DNA of 64,000 nt from Phoronis australis (Eukaryota; Animalia; Phoronida): the NCBI GenBank assembly GCA_002633005.1, contig NMRA01000697.1, positions 62,001 through 126,000 on the forward strand, in the 5' to 3' direction. Under the pieces are notes generated by a model that saw only the letters and a program-made list of their open reading frames with translations, was not told the DNA's origin and made no database searches. Each line of letters opens with the position of its first letter. Within the stretch, counting starts at the first letter, position 1. The translations under genes were made by a program, and so were the position numbers. Of the stretch, positions 36,352 through 47,940 are shown piece by piece.

Positions 36352-39300
36352 AGACCTGGCGCACGTGCTACTGAAGCTGACAACTGGACGCCATATTGGA
36401 GAGTGCTACTAGTTACGTGACACAGCTAATTGCCGTGTAAACAAACGGGGCAAATTGTCCTTTTCAAAGCACGACATCTACCAAATAAAAAGGCTGGAGA
36501 GTGTGATTTTTTCCAGAAACATGCAAAGACATGTGATGTAGCAATTACATGCGTTTTTTAAGAGTTAATTAGTTGACAGGGAAAATATCAAACTATTAGA
36601 AGATCGCAACCAATGGCAGATTCTCGAGTGGCTTGTGCAGCTGCACGCCTGTCAATGCACTGCGAGCATTTTATTTTTGCGTTTTTTTTTTCAAGAGAAA
36701 CCACTAAGATCGCGCAATTTTATCATTTAATTCGTGCAAGTACATTATATCCAGGAGACGCTCACTCGGGACATACTTTCGTGGTGTCCCAATAAGCCTT
36801 TTCACTGAGTGTTGAACAATGACCCCGGGTAACTTTGTAAAATTAAAATATGACATGGGTCTCTTTTAATGGGGTATAAATTTAAAGTGAACTACTGTGA
36901 AAAATGGCCTCATTGAGTTCATATATATAAATGACAGGTTTTTAATGTTCATCAGTACATTGGTTGTGAGCACGTGAAAACATCTAGCTCCTTTGTTAAC
37001 TGCCGAGCATAGTCTTTTGTCTGGTAGGGCAACATGCAGATAAATTATCTACCAGGCTTATAACAGATCACATGTGTACACAGTCAAACCCAGTACGTTG
37101 GTACGTTCGGACAGAATAGATTGTCTTAACTCTGATTGTAGTTGGGCGATTTTGGTGATTCAAAAACTATAACCTGGATCAGTATTTGATGGGCAACTCA
37201 GAAATGTCATTGGTTTATGTTCAAACATTTTATAACTTATCTTATTGTTAACACCATAGCCCAGTGAGGATATAAGATACGATCTTATCGGAGATAAGAG
37301 CAATTATCGAACAAAAGAACTGACCCTCCAACCCTAATTGCCAGAATGGACTTAATCAGTCGTCATTGTAAGATATTGGCTACAGCTGTCATCCGCATAA
37401 CTTGTTGTGATATACAACTTAACAAGTTAGACTCAATGGGAGAACGCCATTATGTAAAAAGCAAAGAACACAGACTCAGTTCCTTTCCTGTGCATCGCTC
37501 GGAATTGCCAACATACAAATATTCTTCTCTCACTCACGGTATTCCTCTCTCATGCATCTGAAGTCCCCCCGATCGAGCACCAGGCACTTTTTGGCATTTT
37601 GCAGTATCCCCACACCGTGTAATTGTGTGCTCACAAAGAGATCAGCTCTGCTCCCACACATTATTTTGGACCGTTCCTTTCCATTTCCGCCCTTAATCTG
37701 ATATATGTTCTGCGCGACCCTCAGTCGAGAAATTTAAAATAAATTTTTCTCTCAAGCACCCTGTCTGCTTATCACAACCCCCTGTTGCGGGGTAACCGTT
37801 GAATAATGACAGAACAGGTTTTCATGGACGTGGGGTCAATTTTGATGGGCTGAAAATTCTTCACATTAAATTTAGACCCTTTGTAAAAACTGACCGGAGT
37901 CATTTCTCCCGGGGTCATAAATTGTGCTACATTGGCTCGGTTGGATATAATTCCATTCGGTTTTGAGTGGGAAGTTCTGTGTTTTGGGTAAAAGTTGGAT
38001 GCGCAATTCAATCGTACAGGTTTGATATTTTGGTTACTTTGTACTTTACTTTTTGCGCAAGTTTCGTCACAAACAAGCAAGCAGTGCAAATCTACAAAAT
38101 TTCCAATATCAACTTCGACATAAGTTCAGATTTTGCAGGGATTTGTTTGTTTTGATACAACAGAAAACATCTGATTTTGGAATATATATTAAGAAATGAG
38201 GTTTTAAAGCAGTATATATTTCACTAGAGAATATACTATTCACTTAGATGTACTGATTTCGATGGCATGCGAGTAAGTTCGGGGATGTTATTATTCAGTA
38301 CAAGTAAAAATACATGTCACTGTCATTAATACCAAATATTTACTTGAATATACTTAGGGCTGTTCCAGCAAAATCTGTATGGGAGGGGGGGGAAGGCACT
38401 TTTATTTCGTACCCACCGCCCATATTTTTCATTTATTTCTCCAACCCACGACCCATAATTTTTTAATTATTTTTAATAGGTTAAAATATAAAATCCAACA
38501 CTTGCAAACAAACTGCCTCCAGGAGGACCTGTTAAGAACTTAGATGATTGACAGACAGGAACTAGTTGTCTTGTCCAATATTGTCAAAAACTTAAGTAGC
38601 CTGTGAGCTATACTTTTGGCAGCCACCAGGTGTCTCTGTTCACCATGTGTCTATAATTTCAATGAACATTTTTTCAATTATAAGGATCTATGAATCTCAA
38701 ACTGTCTCCACGATATCTTTTATACTTCTATGTTAAGTGAATATTGGAACTTGTTTATCTTACTCCTCATAATTTTTATTTAAAAATCATCAATTTTCTT
38801 ATATGTGTTAACACCAGTTTAGTGTTGCATAACTTTTCAATTCAATAGGACTGCAGACAAACAGTTGGCTCAAATCAAGTTGCCCATGACTTGATTAATG
38901 GCTTAGTGAACATATTGCACTCTGTTCACTAGCAATATGGGCTTTTTTGTATTGGCTTGTTTTGAGTTTTGAGGGCTGAAGTAACCAACCTGTCAACATT
39001 AACAGGACAAAAAATACCACCCATTTTTAATGCATCACTTCTTACAGGAACGACCACCCATAATTTGTGTTTTTTTCTGAAGACCACCACCCATGAATTT
39101 TTATTTCTACTGCCGTCCCCCCCCTCCCACACGGATTTTACTTAACAGCATCATCATTGGATAACAGCATATGCTGGTCAATAATTATCTTTTTAATTGA
39201 TCTTATAGGGTCTCAATCACCAAGACTGGTGTGGAAACAACGCATGTAGTCGTTCCGCTTAAATTGTGGTGGCGGAACACAAAAACCTAGTTGCAGCACC

Positions 39301-39493
39301 ACTAAACTCCATGGCTGAACCAAAAAACTTAACTCTTTGGCTACAGGCATAACACTGTGAGCCCCCGCATTTCCTGACTGATGCCGTAAGGCTCCCATTG
39401 TTTTCCGCCTTTTTTGTCCTATGTAGCACTCTCCAATATGGTGTCATGTTTACAATGCGAGCTGCATGTATCTGAGTGGCGCGCGCCTGGTCT
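36352..39493. mobile_element. Non-autonomous element with AGACC..GGTCT ends and AT flanks (ISL2EU-like), with nested inserts
   Basis: at|agacctggcgcacg versus gcgcgcctggtct|at; subterminal ccatattggagagtgctac present inverted at both ends. Confidence 0.6.
38357..39150. mobile_element. MITE nested in the 36352-39493 element
   Basis: Imperfect TIR gctgtt..aaaatctgtatgggaggggggg / ccccccctcccacacggatttt..aacagc. Confidence 0.6.
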
Positions 39494-39612
39494 ATGTGAT
39501 GTCTATGACCACTACATTCACAGTTCATCAGTCTACACTGTGTGTTAGCCTTTTTATCTTGTCAAATAGGGACTGTGGTTTAAACAGTACTAACAAGATT
39601 GTTTCTATCTAG

Positions 39613-39737
39613 GAGTCTGTTAAGACTTTTCGCCAAGAACACCCAGATGTGGAATTAAAACCAGTGGACCACATTTTAACTAAGTCGGAGATAAAAATCA
39701 AAGACACTATTTTAGGACGCCCAGAGAAGCCTGCCCC
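39613..39737 (+). CDS. UBTF: UBTF-like exon, linker to HMG box 3
   Basis: ESVKTFRQEHPD...LTKSEIKIKDTILGRPEKPAP matches the UBF LTKAE..LKDK.DGRP.KPP motif. Confidence 0.92.
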
Positions 39738-40276
39738 GTAAGTGCACTGTTAAAGGGACATTTGAGATTGTTGTTGGATTGTTTATATTTCTACTGAACT
39801 ATAAACATTAAAATCCATGTGTTGTTATATCTTTTTGCAACTAGCCTATTCTCTACTCTGACATTAACTGAAGTCAAGGCCAGAGATTTTATCAGACAAA
39901 TACGCTTAAATTACTCTGCTATTTCTTGTGTGGAATTAAGCTCCATCAGCAAAGCATTTGACTGGACTGTGAAGGTCTCGCTTTCAAACCTGCAGTCGGG
40001 CTGATATCAGAAAAAAAACACTTTTCTCACCAATTATTTTGAAAATTCAGCAATCGTCGGAAGTTTATCAGTTCCTTTATCGTAGCAAAACAATTTTTAA
40101 ATTAAAGTACTTTTTTGTAGTTTGATATGTGGTATCTACTAGTGACTTGAACATATTACAATCCTTCAGACATTTTTATGTAATGTAACTCTGTTACCGC
40201 TGCAACAAAGTGCAATTGTCTTATTTTATGTTTCATAAGGTTCATAATAGGTCCATGTATTTCCTGGTTCTTTCAG

Positions 40277-40418
40277 CAATGTCTATGCGCACTTCACCCG
40301 TCTTATGTTGCGAGAACCAGAATTGGCCACTGTGAACGATAAATTGGTAAAGATATCTTCAAAATGGAACACGTTATCAGATGCTGAAAAGAAAACGTAT
40401 AGCGACGAACTTAGTTCT
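40277..40418 (+). CDS. UBTF: UBTF-like exon, HMG box 3
   Basis: NVYAHFTRLMLREPELATVNDKLVKISSKWNTLSDAEKKTYSDELSS; phase 2-0 fits both neighbours. Confidence 0.9.
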
Positions 40419-41409
40419 GTAAGTTGGATCCTTGTTTCCAAACAAAGATTTTTGTACCTGTTTACAGCTGTACCATGAAGTCAGAATCTTTCTTTGAGTA
40501 AACTATTTTTGAGTCATTGGTCTTCAAGACCATTTGTTCTAGCAGTTTTTCAGGGTTAAAACTTAATCTTAGGACCTTGTTTGCTTTGAGTTATGAAAGT
40601 TGAATCATAACCAAGAGTGATAAAGCTTCATTGCAGATTTAAAGTATACTTAAAGCGAATAACTTGAAGTGCATGTGATCTTCTCATTTCTAGTTATACT
40701 AGCAAGATTTGTAAAATCATTGGTATTTTACCTCGGCCTAGAATCGCCAAACTTTACTCAGCAATTGGTGGAAAGTTAAAAAAATACTCAAGACTGAATA
40801 ATTTCAAAACTTATTCAACCAAAGTACTTAAGTATTTCCAATTTGTCCAAGTGTTCAGGAAAGAGTGACCAGAAGTAATTCTTGAGTGAAATCTTGAATA
40901 ACTGGGAAAATTACTGGAAAATTAAAAGACCACTAGGTGGCATTGTTGAAAAAGTATTGAACTCAGTGCATAGTGCAATTTATGTAAAAACTTAAATTTA
41001 TACTTTGTGATTACATTTACTAAAATTTCAGTGAATAGGCAAATTTCCAGTTACAAAGTACATTCAATGCACTTGTTTAACTGAACAATCTGCAGACAAT
41101 TGGAATCTTTTTCAATTCTCTTTCACTGAAAAACTTCCAACTTAGTTTCTGGGCTGTAGAGGTCATTAGGTTTTAAAATGCTCCAGACTTCCATACCAAC
41201 TCAAGAATTATTCTCGATCCTTAAAGTGCCTTAATATTAAAATTTGATGGTCACCATTTTGTTATTGCAAGACTAATTAATGACAAGGGCTCAAGTAAAA
41301 TTGCTTTTCTACTCCCATTTGAATATTTCGGAAATGCTATATTAAAGTATACCTCAATCAAATTTTGTTAACCACAATAAAGTTTACATGAAATTGTTAA
41401 AATATTTTT

Positions 41410-42978
41410 CAAGGCTTGGAATTGTCTGTGTTTTATTCGATCCGCGTATTTTTGTTATATTTCCGCTGAAAAATCGAATTTGCCATTAAATTATCTCGGT
41501 AAATTGGTTTCTCACCGTGGCGTTGCTGACGACTCGAAAAGCGGAAACTGCTCTTTATGTTTCGGAGGAACGAGAATTGTAATTGCGGATCACAGGCACT
41601 CGAATTTTCCGATGACTCATGACCATATATAAGAAACATGTTTTCTTAGTAATGAGTGGCGTCAATGGCAATCGAGAAACAGATAAATTCAAGTGCCTGT
41701 GCCTGGGATAGCGTGGTTTTATCAATGGCGTCTGCATTTGGTATAAAATCGCGGTGACAAATAGTGCAATTCTGCGGTTAAAAATGCGTGGAGCGTGGAA
41801 TAGACTGAATGTTTCTTTGAAAAAGTGGATTAAAGAAACAGTCGGTGTCTTAAATCAAGGTTTGTGCTCTGTAAACTTAGAGAGAGGAACAATTACGGAG
41901 TGCATGGCCGAGTCGCCTTGGACTAAGTTGGAGTCAGAGGATCGACTGAAAACGATGAAACACTAGAAATAACAACGCTTCCTGAAAGGAAATTCAAAAG
42001 TAACCAGCTATTCGTTGGATTGGAATCATGGGATGTGAGTGATGTATGAAATTCTTTTGTTTGATCCCGCGTGCACGCCCGTTGCCGTTAGCTGCTAGGC
42101 CTGACCGCCTGAGTGCGATTTTTTACGTGCCTCCGAAACGAGATACACAGTGTTATTTTCATTACTGCAAATGTGTTTTAAATTGCTTTTTATGTATTTT
42201 GACATTTTTGGTGTTCTATTTTGTGACTCGAGTTTTGCAGTTCGAGAGAAGTGATCACGTGACAGATTCTGAATGATCTGATTGGTGCAAGCCATTGTTT
42301 ATAAATTCTGCCAGCCTATTTTCAGTGTCCTGGTAGTTATTTCTTGTCACATAGTTTCTTCTACACCAGCGTGGCGTATGAACAATTAACTCCTGTAATT
42401 ATTGTTTTAAACTAAAAAATTTGGCCAACTTAGTATTGTTATTGATGCATTCTATAGTTTAAAGTATGTTATTTTTGACTTTCATTTTTCCATGCTAACA
42501 GTTGGGGTATGAGCCACAGGTTTTCGTCTTTACTTTTTTCCATTTGCGTTAAAATTAAATTGTTTGCCGGAATTAAATGTGTATGTATTTCAGGCTTTCT
42601 AGATAATCTATGGATCGATTTTCAATTTTTTTGGTAATTTTGTATTGTAATTATAAGAATTGAAAATAATTTTATAGGTCTCCCTGCATCAAATCAAGAA
42701 TAAGCTCCTGCAACTCACATTGAAAATTTTTCATCATCATCTTTATTATTTTGATTTTAAAAAATATCTTTTGTTGCATCTAATTGCCTTCATTGTTGTT
42801 GCTGAAATAGATGTCAGGTACTGTTAAGATGAGTGTGTTTTGCCAACACGACATAGTAACAGGGCATCTTGTGACACTAATGTTTACTTTCGATCTGTTG
42901 AGGTATGGTTTAGATTGAAATGTGTATTTAGGGCCCTAAAAATTTCCTCTTTTTTGTCATGGGTAATTCCAAGCCCTG
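41410..42978 (+). mobile_element. Non-autonomous hAT-like element, copy 2
   Basis: TIR caaggcttggaatt / aattccaagccctg; 6-bp TSD attttt; colinear with 19845-20959. Confidence 0.78.
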
Positions 42979-43069
42979 ATTTTTATCAGTTAAATCGCAA
43001 TCCGTTTTTTCAACCTCAATCTCAGTTTCCTTGAAACTGTTTGTTCAACTTTAAGTGTTTGTTTTTTAG

Positions 43070-43363
43070 CTGAAAAGTAATTACGAAAATGATTACAATG
43101 TATGGAAGTCCTGTTTGGGCCCTGAAGATTTGGAGAGAGTAGAAACTGAGGAGAGGCTCGAGGCTGAAAAACAGGCCAAGCTTGCTGCCAAGAGCGCTAT
43201 GGCAAAAAAGACATGCGCAGCACCCAAGAAACCATCTTCTGGGATGTTTGTCTTCATAACTGAGAAGTCACAAGAGTACCAAAAGAAGTTTCCTGATAAA
43301 CCTCAGACGGAAATAACCCGAATGCTGTCTAGGGCGTTCCAGGATCTGCCTGAGAGCAAGAAG
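43070..43363 (+). CDS. UBTF: UBTF-like exon, end of box 3 and HMG box 4
   Basis: LKSNYENDYNVWKSCLGPED...APKKPSSGMFVFITEKSQEYQKKFPDKPQTEITRMLSRAFQDLPESKK. Confidence 0.92.
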
Positions 43364-43542
43364 GTACTGTTTGGACAGGCAAATTTGTCCGCCACTGCAG
43401 TTAATGAGTTTCCATTAGTTCATACCGTTATTATGTAAAACCCCGTTTTATAAAACTCGGAAATGTATCTTAGAAGAAAAACAACATTTTGTAATTGTGC
43501 TGCATGTAGCTTTTATTTGATATTGCATGGTTTAATTTCCAG

Positions 43543-43598
43543 GTCAAGTATGCTCAGAAGGCAAGGCAAGGAACACATTCCAAGTCTACTGACAATTC
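43543..43598 (+). CDS. UBTF: UBTF-like exon, end of HMG box 4
   Basis: VKYAQKARQGTHSKSTDN; phase 0-2; canonical splice sites. Confidence 0.85.
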
Positions 43599-43649
43599 GT
43601 AAGCGTTTTTTATTTTAGTTGTTTATTTTGCCTGGTTTACCCAGGCTGC

Positions 43650-43875
43650 ATTCCATAGATCCCAGACATAGATTGTCTGTTCTACTCGGGCTGTGTTCCA
43701 TAGATCCCACAAATAGATTGCCTGGTCTCCCTGATATTCCATAGAACCCACCCATAGATTACCTGGTCTGTAGATCCCAGACATAGATTGCTTCGTCTAC
43801 ATGCACTACAGTCCATAAATCCCGGACAATGATTGCCTGGTCTACCCACGTTGTGTTCCATAGTTCCCTGACATT
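43650..43875. repeat. Degenerate minisatellite (about 30-45 bp unit)
   Basis: Recurring ccatagatcccagacatagattgcctggtct. Confidence 0.8.
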
Positions 43876-44717
43876 TGTGAAGCACTCATGGCAAGACATC
43901 TATACCAAAACGTTGAATTCTATCCAACATTTCGACTTCCCAACTTTGCTGGCCAATCACCAGTGCAGTGTAGGCTAATGTATGCTTGTGAGGTCAGGAG
44001 AATACTTGCAAGACACTCCCTGTTTATTTGTGTAAGCTTTCTTGTTTGTAAGTTTCTTGCATCTGTAGAACACACCTCGTTCCAAAGGTGGAAGCGCCAA
44101 TTCGGAGTCTAATCTGGGGTGCATTTCGTAGAGCAAAATGTTCAAAATACAGTGAGAAATCTGGCAGAATGGAAGCAGTGAATTTGCCTTTCACTTGCAT
44201 TATCTTGTCAAGATCACTACAAAACTCTGCAGGAGGTGCCCTTGTTTTGGGCTGAAACAATACGTATTAATACTGTTTTTGTTAATGATCGCGGTTTTCC
44301 ATTTTTAATGTAGTGAAGTTAAAACCAAACACTTAAGCATTGACCTAACTGTTAATGTCAATTAACAGGTTTGGTAAGTACAGTCGTGTTTTAAGACCCA
44401 TTGCTTTAATTTTCCTGTTACTGAGAGTCCATGTGTTTTGTTGAAGGTATTGTATGTATAAGAAGTGTTTGACCATTCTTGAATGCTTGGACGTCATAAC
44501 TGTAAAGTTCCTGCTATATCATCTTTTAACTGTGATAACATCATAAAGACGTAACATTTTTCCGCACATTACCAATCAAATTTTCATAAATGAGTTCAAC
44601 ATTTCTTAACTTTCTTTGGAATCAATTGCCCAAAATTAGATACAATTAACTTAATGTGCTTGAAATTCAATTGACATTTTTTTAATTATTGTCTCTTACA
44701 CCTCTTCTCGATCTCAG

Positions 44718-44814
44718 TGGTTCAGACAACAGCAACAGCAGTGGGGAGTCAGATTCAGACTCGGACTCTGAGAGTAGTTCCAGTTCGGACAGCGAGAGAA
44801 CGAACCAGAACAAG
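44718..44814 (+). CDS. UBTF: UBTF-like exon, Ser/Asp/Glu acidic tail
   Basis: GSDNSNSSGESDSDSDSESSSSSDSERTNQNK; phase 2-0. Confidence 0.85.
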
Positions 44815-46683
44815 GTAATTGTTGGCCCGACTGTCTCTTTACCATAGATAATAATAATGGTTTGGGGAAAAGCACAAAAATTTCAATGTAACTCTGTGAC
44901 AGGGGGATAGATAACATCCATTTAATTGCTGATTTGTGGCCTTGAAATCTATTGAAAGGTCTTAATTGACCTTTTGCCAAGATTTTGAGTGACAGCTTAA
45001 TTGACCAATAAGAATGCAGCATTCTTGACACACCTTCATTTCCAAGCCGCTATTTTACCCGACAAACAACACTTTGTCGGGTAAAATGCACTGTTTGTTG
45101 TTGACTATTCAAAAGGGGGCAGAGCTTGCGATCGGCCAATTGCTTGACGTCTAGCTCTATATGCATGTCTTGTCTGGTCATTTTATTCAGCAAATATATT
45201 GCCATTTTATTCACCAAATGTGCTATATTTTTTTCACAAGCCCAGAAACTACTTCTTTCCTAGTAAGGAAGAGATTGATGTCAGATTTTTATCAATAATA
45301 GTGAGTCTTTTTTACACGTGTAGGTAGTTTAATTTGTAGTTTCACATTTCTTTTTTAAAAATCCTTGAAATTACTTATCGCATTTCCAGCCCGTCACAGT
45401 CAAGAGTGTTGGGGGAGTCTACACGTCGAGTGGTTCTGAAAGTGAGTAGAACCAAAAGAAGAGTCATACAGTTTACTTTGTAGCTTAATCTTTGAAATGG
45501 TCTTGTTACATAATAAGAGTTTTTAAACTGTTTTAAGTAAGATTCATTTTTTAAATTTCTAGGTGTCATTTTTGGAAACTAATTAACACAGGTAATCATG
45601 TTTTGCAAAAGAAGAAAGTTGATGTCAGTGGTGATATTTGTTGTGACTTTTGCAAGAGGCATGTGTTATTGTACTACTAAAGAATCTACTGACAACACTG
45701 GTATATTTTCTTTAGGCTGGTTATGTATATTTGAAACCTAGGGAAACCTGTTGCTTTAGACACTGGAAAAATCTTCTTTGTTCTAGTCTCAGTCGTAATT
45801 TTGACTTTTGTGAGTACGCATGCATTGTGTGGTCTCCGGTTGAAGCAATCGTCAATTTTCTTTTTTGCAAATGCAATGTTTTCGCCATGTTTACTAAAAT
45901 ATGGTCGTCGGCTATCTTAAAAACTTATTTAAGATTATTTAATAAACTCTGGAAGAACATTAGTCTTGTTCTTTAGGATATGTGGTGAGATGAATCTGGG
46001 CTTTCTATTGGCAGAAACGTTTGAACTGGGAAATTTGACACTTGAAGGCTTTGATTGACTGCTTATAGACTGGTTGATGAATATTTATGAGTAGTATGAA
46101 GTAATTGGCTACAGTATCCATGTTTATTGGTCATTCAGACTTAAAATTACATTTTAATTGTTATGGCACACATTGAGTCACCTCACGTTTCAGGAATTTT
46201 GTAATTATTTTTTTACTTTAAGTGACCAATATTTGCATTTGTGTCAGATTTATGGGTATTGATGGTTTGCAAGTAAGATTTTCTATATCTCCAATTTATT
46301 ATTAGTAAAAATCCGCTAGAACTCTGCTTTCTTTAACTTCTGTTCTTAGAAAATTTCAAACTTTTGATGATTGATGTTAGATGTAGGGACTGACAGAGGC
46401 TTGGGGGAGGGATTGTTGCAATTATGTGAAAACCATTTGATACTGTCTGGTTGCCTCTGATGACTGATTTGGGTATGTTGGGTTCAAAATAAAAAATGAA
46501 ACCACGATTTCATTGTTTTTTATGCAGCAGTCAAAACTGATAGCAACATGGTATGTTGCCCTTGGATGTGGAAGGCACGGTCGCTCCTTCAACATAATGG
46601 GATAACTTAGACCATAGCTCTGGGTCTATTGTTTTTTCTCAAATGGAACTCAAAAATGTACTTGTTAATTTTCTTTCTTGTAG

Positions 46684-46698
46684 AGGAAGTCCAGATAG
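46684..46698 (+). CDS. UBTF: Candidate last coding exon of the UBTF-like gene (RKSR-stop)
   Basis: Strong acceptor ttctttcttgtag, in-frame stop, aataaa at about 47221; alternative acceptors exist. Confidence 0.45.
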   Translation, partial: RKSR

Positions 46699-47499
46699 TT
46701 ATCTAATGTTCTCTGCTTGAGTATATTACAGATAATGCAAATGATTGCATAGTTTGCACTTGTTCCATAGATTGAGCTACAAACTCAATGAAAACTTAAA
46801 ATTTATATCTGTAATGTTAGGTTCATCAAGTGCAAAACAGACTTGACAGCCATGCATGTTAATCTTGATATACTTGGCACAGAATAATAGACACTTATCT
46901 TGAGTTCATACTAAAATGGAATGGAAATGTTAGAAATAATTTTGATTTCAAGGAAAAGGATTATACATTGGGCCCTAGTCAAATTGGTATGCTCTGAGAT
47001 CTTAAAATAGATAGTAAGGGTTTTACCAATAATCACATTTGCAATGTATCAGATGTGTCCAAATAGTCACCTTTTGACAAGTAATTTCTTAGCGTTAGAA
47101 AAGCCGAATTTTTTCAAATTTCTTACAGATGAACCTTAGGACATCATCAACAAATGTGCAAAATAGAGATTTGTGTACAAATGTGCAAGTACTGTCAAAT
47201 TAAAAACTTCGTGTTAAAAAAATAAAATACTCAAAGGGAAGCTCCCTTATTTCATTCTATGCTCAATGTGGCCTCCATCTTCCTTTTCAACAAAAGGGAA
47301 CTGTTTCTTCCAACTTTTCCGTATTTGTTCCATCGAGATTTCCTCCCATGGCATAAATATCCTGTCTTTTAACTAGTCCTGCTCAGTCAGTTTGTCTCTA
47401 AAAAACAATTGCAGGCGGTCTGATACACGTTGTACCTGACGTGCACAGGCCTCATATGTGGGCCTATTGCACTGATCACCTGGAACTATTTTTATGCTT

Positions 47500-47613
47500 T
47501 ATTAATATATGGTTAAAACCGAGCTGAGGAGCTAGCAACCTGGCTCAAGGGTTTAGCAGTGTGACCTGACGGGACTCGAACCCATGACCTCGAGTAAAGA
47601 AAGCGGGCACTTG
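47500..47613 (-). mobile_element. tRNA-derived SINE head cut by the hAT terminus
   Basis: Minus strand reads gaggtcatgggttcgagtccc (Pol III B box); the A-box side is missing at the hAT junction. Confidence 0.6.
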
Positions 47614-47940
47614 CAGGTCCGTAGGAAGGTAAAAATTATTGGGGGGGCACCGACCCTGGTCGATACGTAACTTCTAATTTCGAAACCACTGCGTTGCACT
47701 GGGGTGTATATATCAACGCTGTAAAATGAACTACTGCAACCACTAGGTACGTTTTGAATTATATGAAAAAAATGTCTACTAATAAATAATGTGTGTAACA
47801 GATGCTGTACTTTTAGAGTTAATTTTTTGTTAAGATTGACTGGAAATTTTTGGAGCAACATACATGCCGCTCATACGATTACTCTTGCTGAACAGTAAGA
47901 ATGAAGGTGTGAAATAATTATAAATGTTTTTATTTACTCT

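Noticed and set aside
47560-47613. Possible tRNA gene
   Set aside because: Only a B box is present, with no cloverleaf; better explained as a truncated SINE head.
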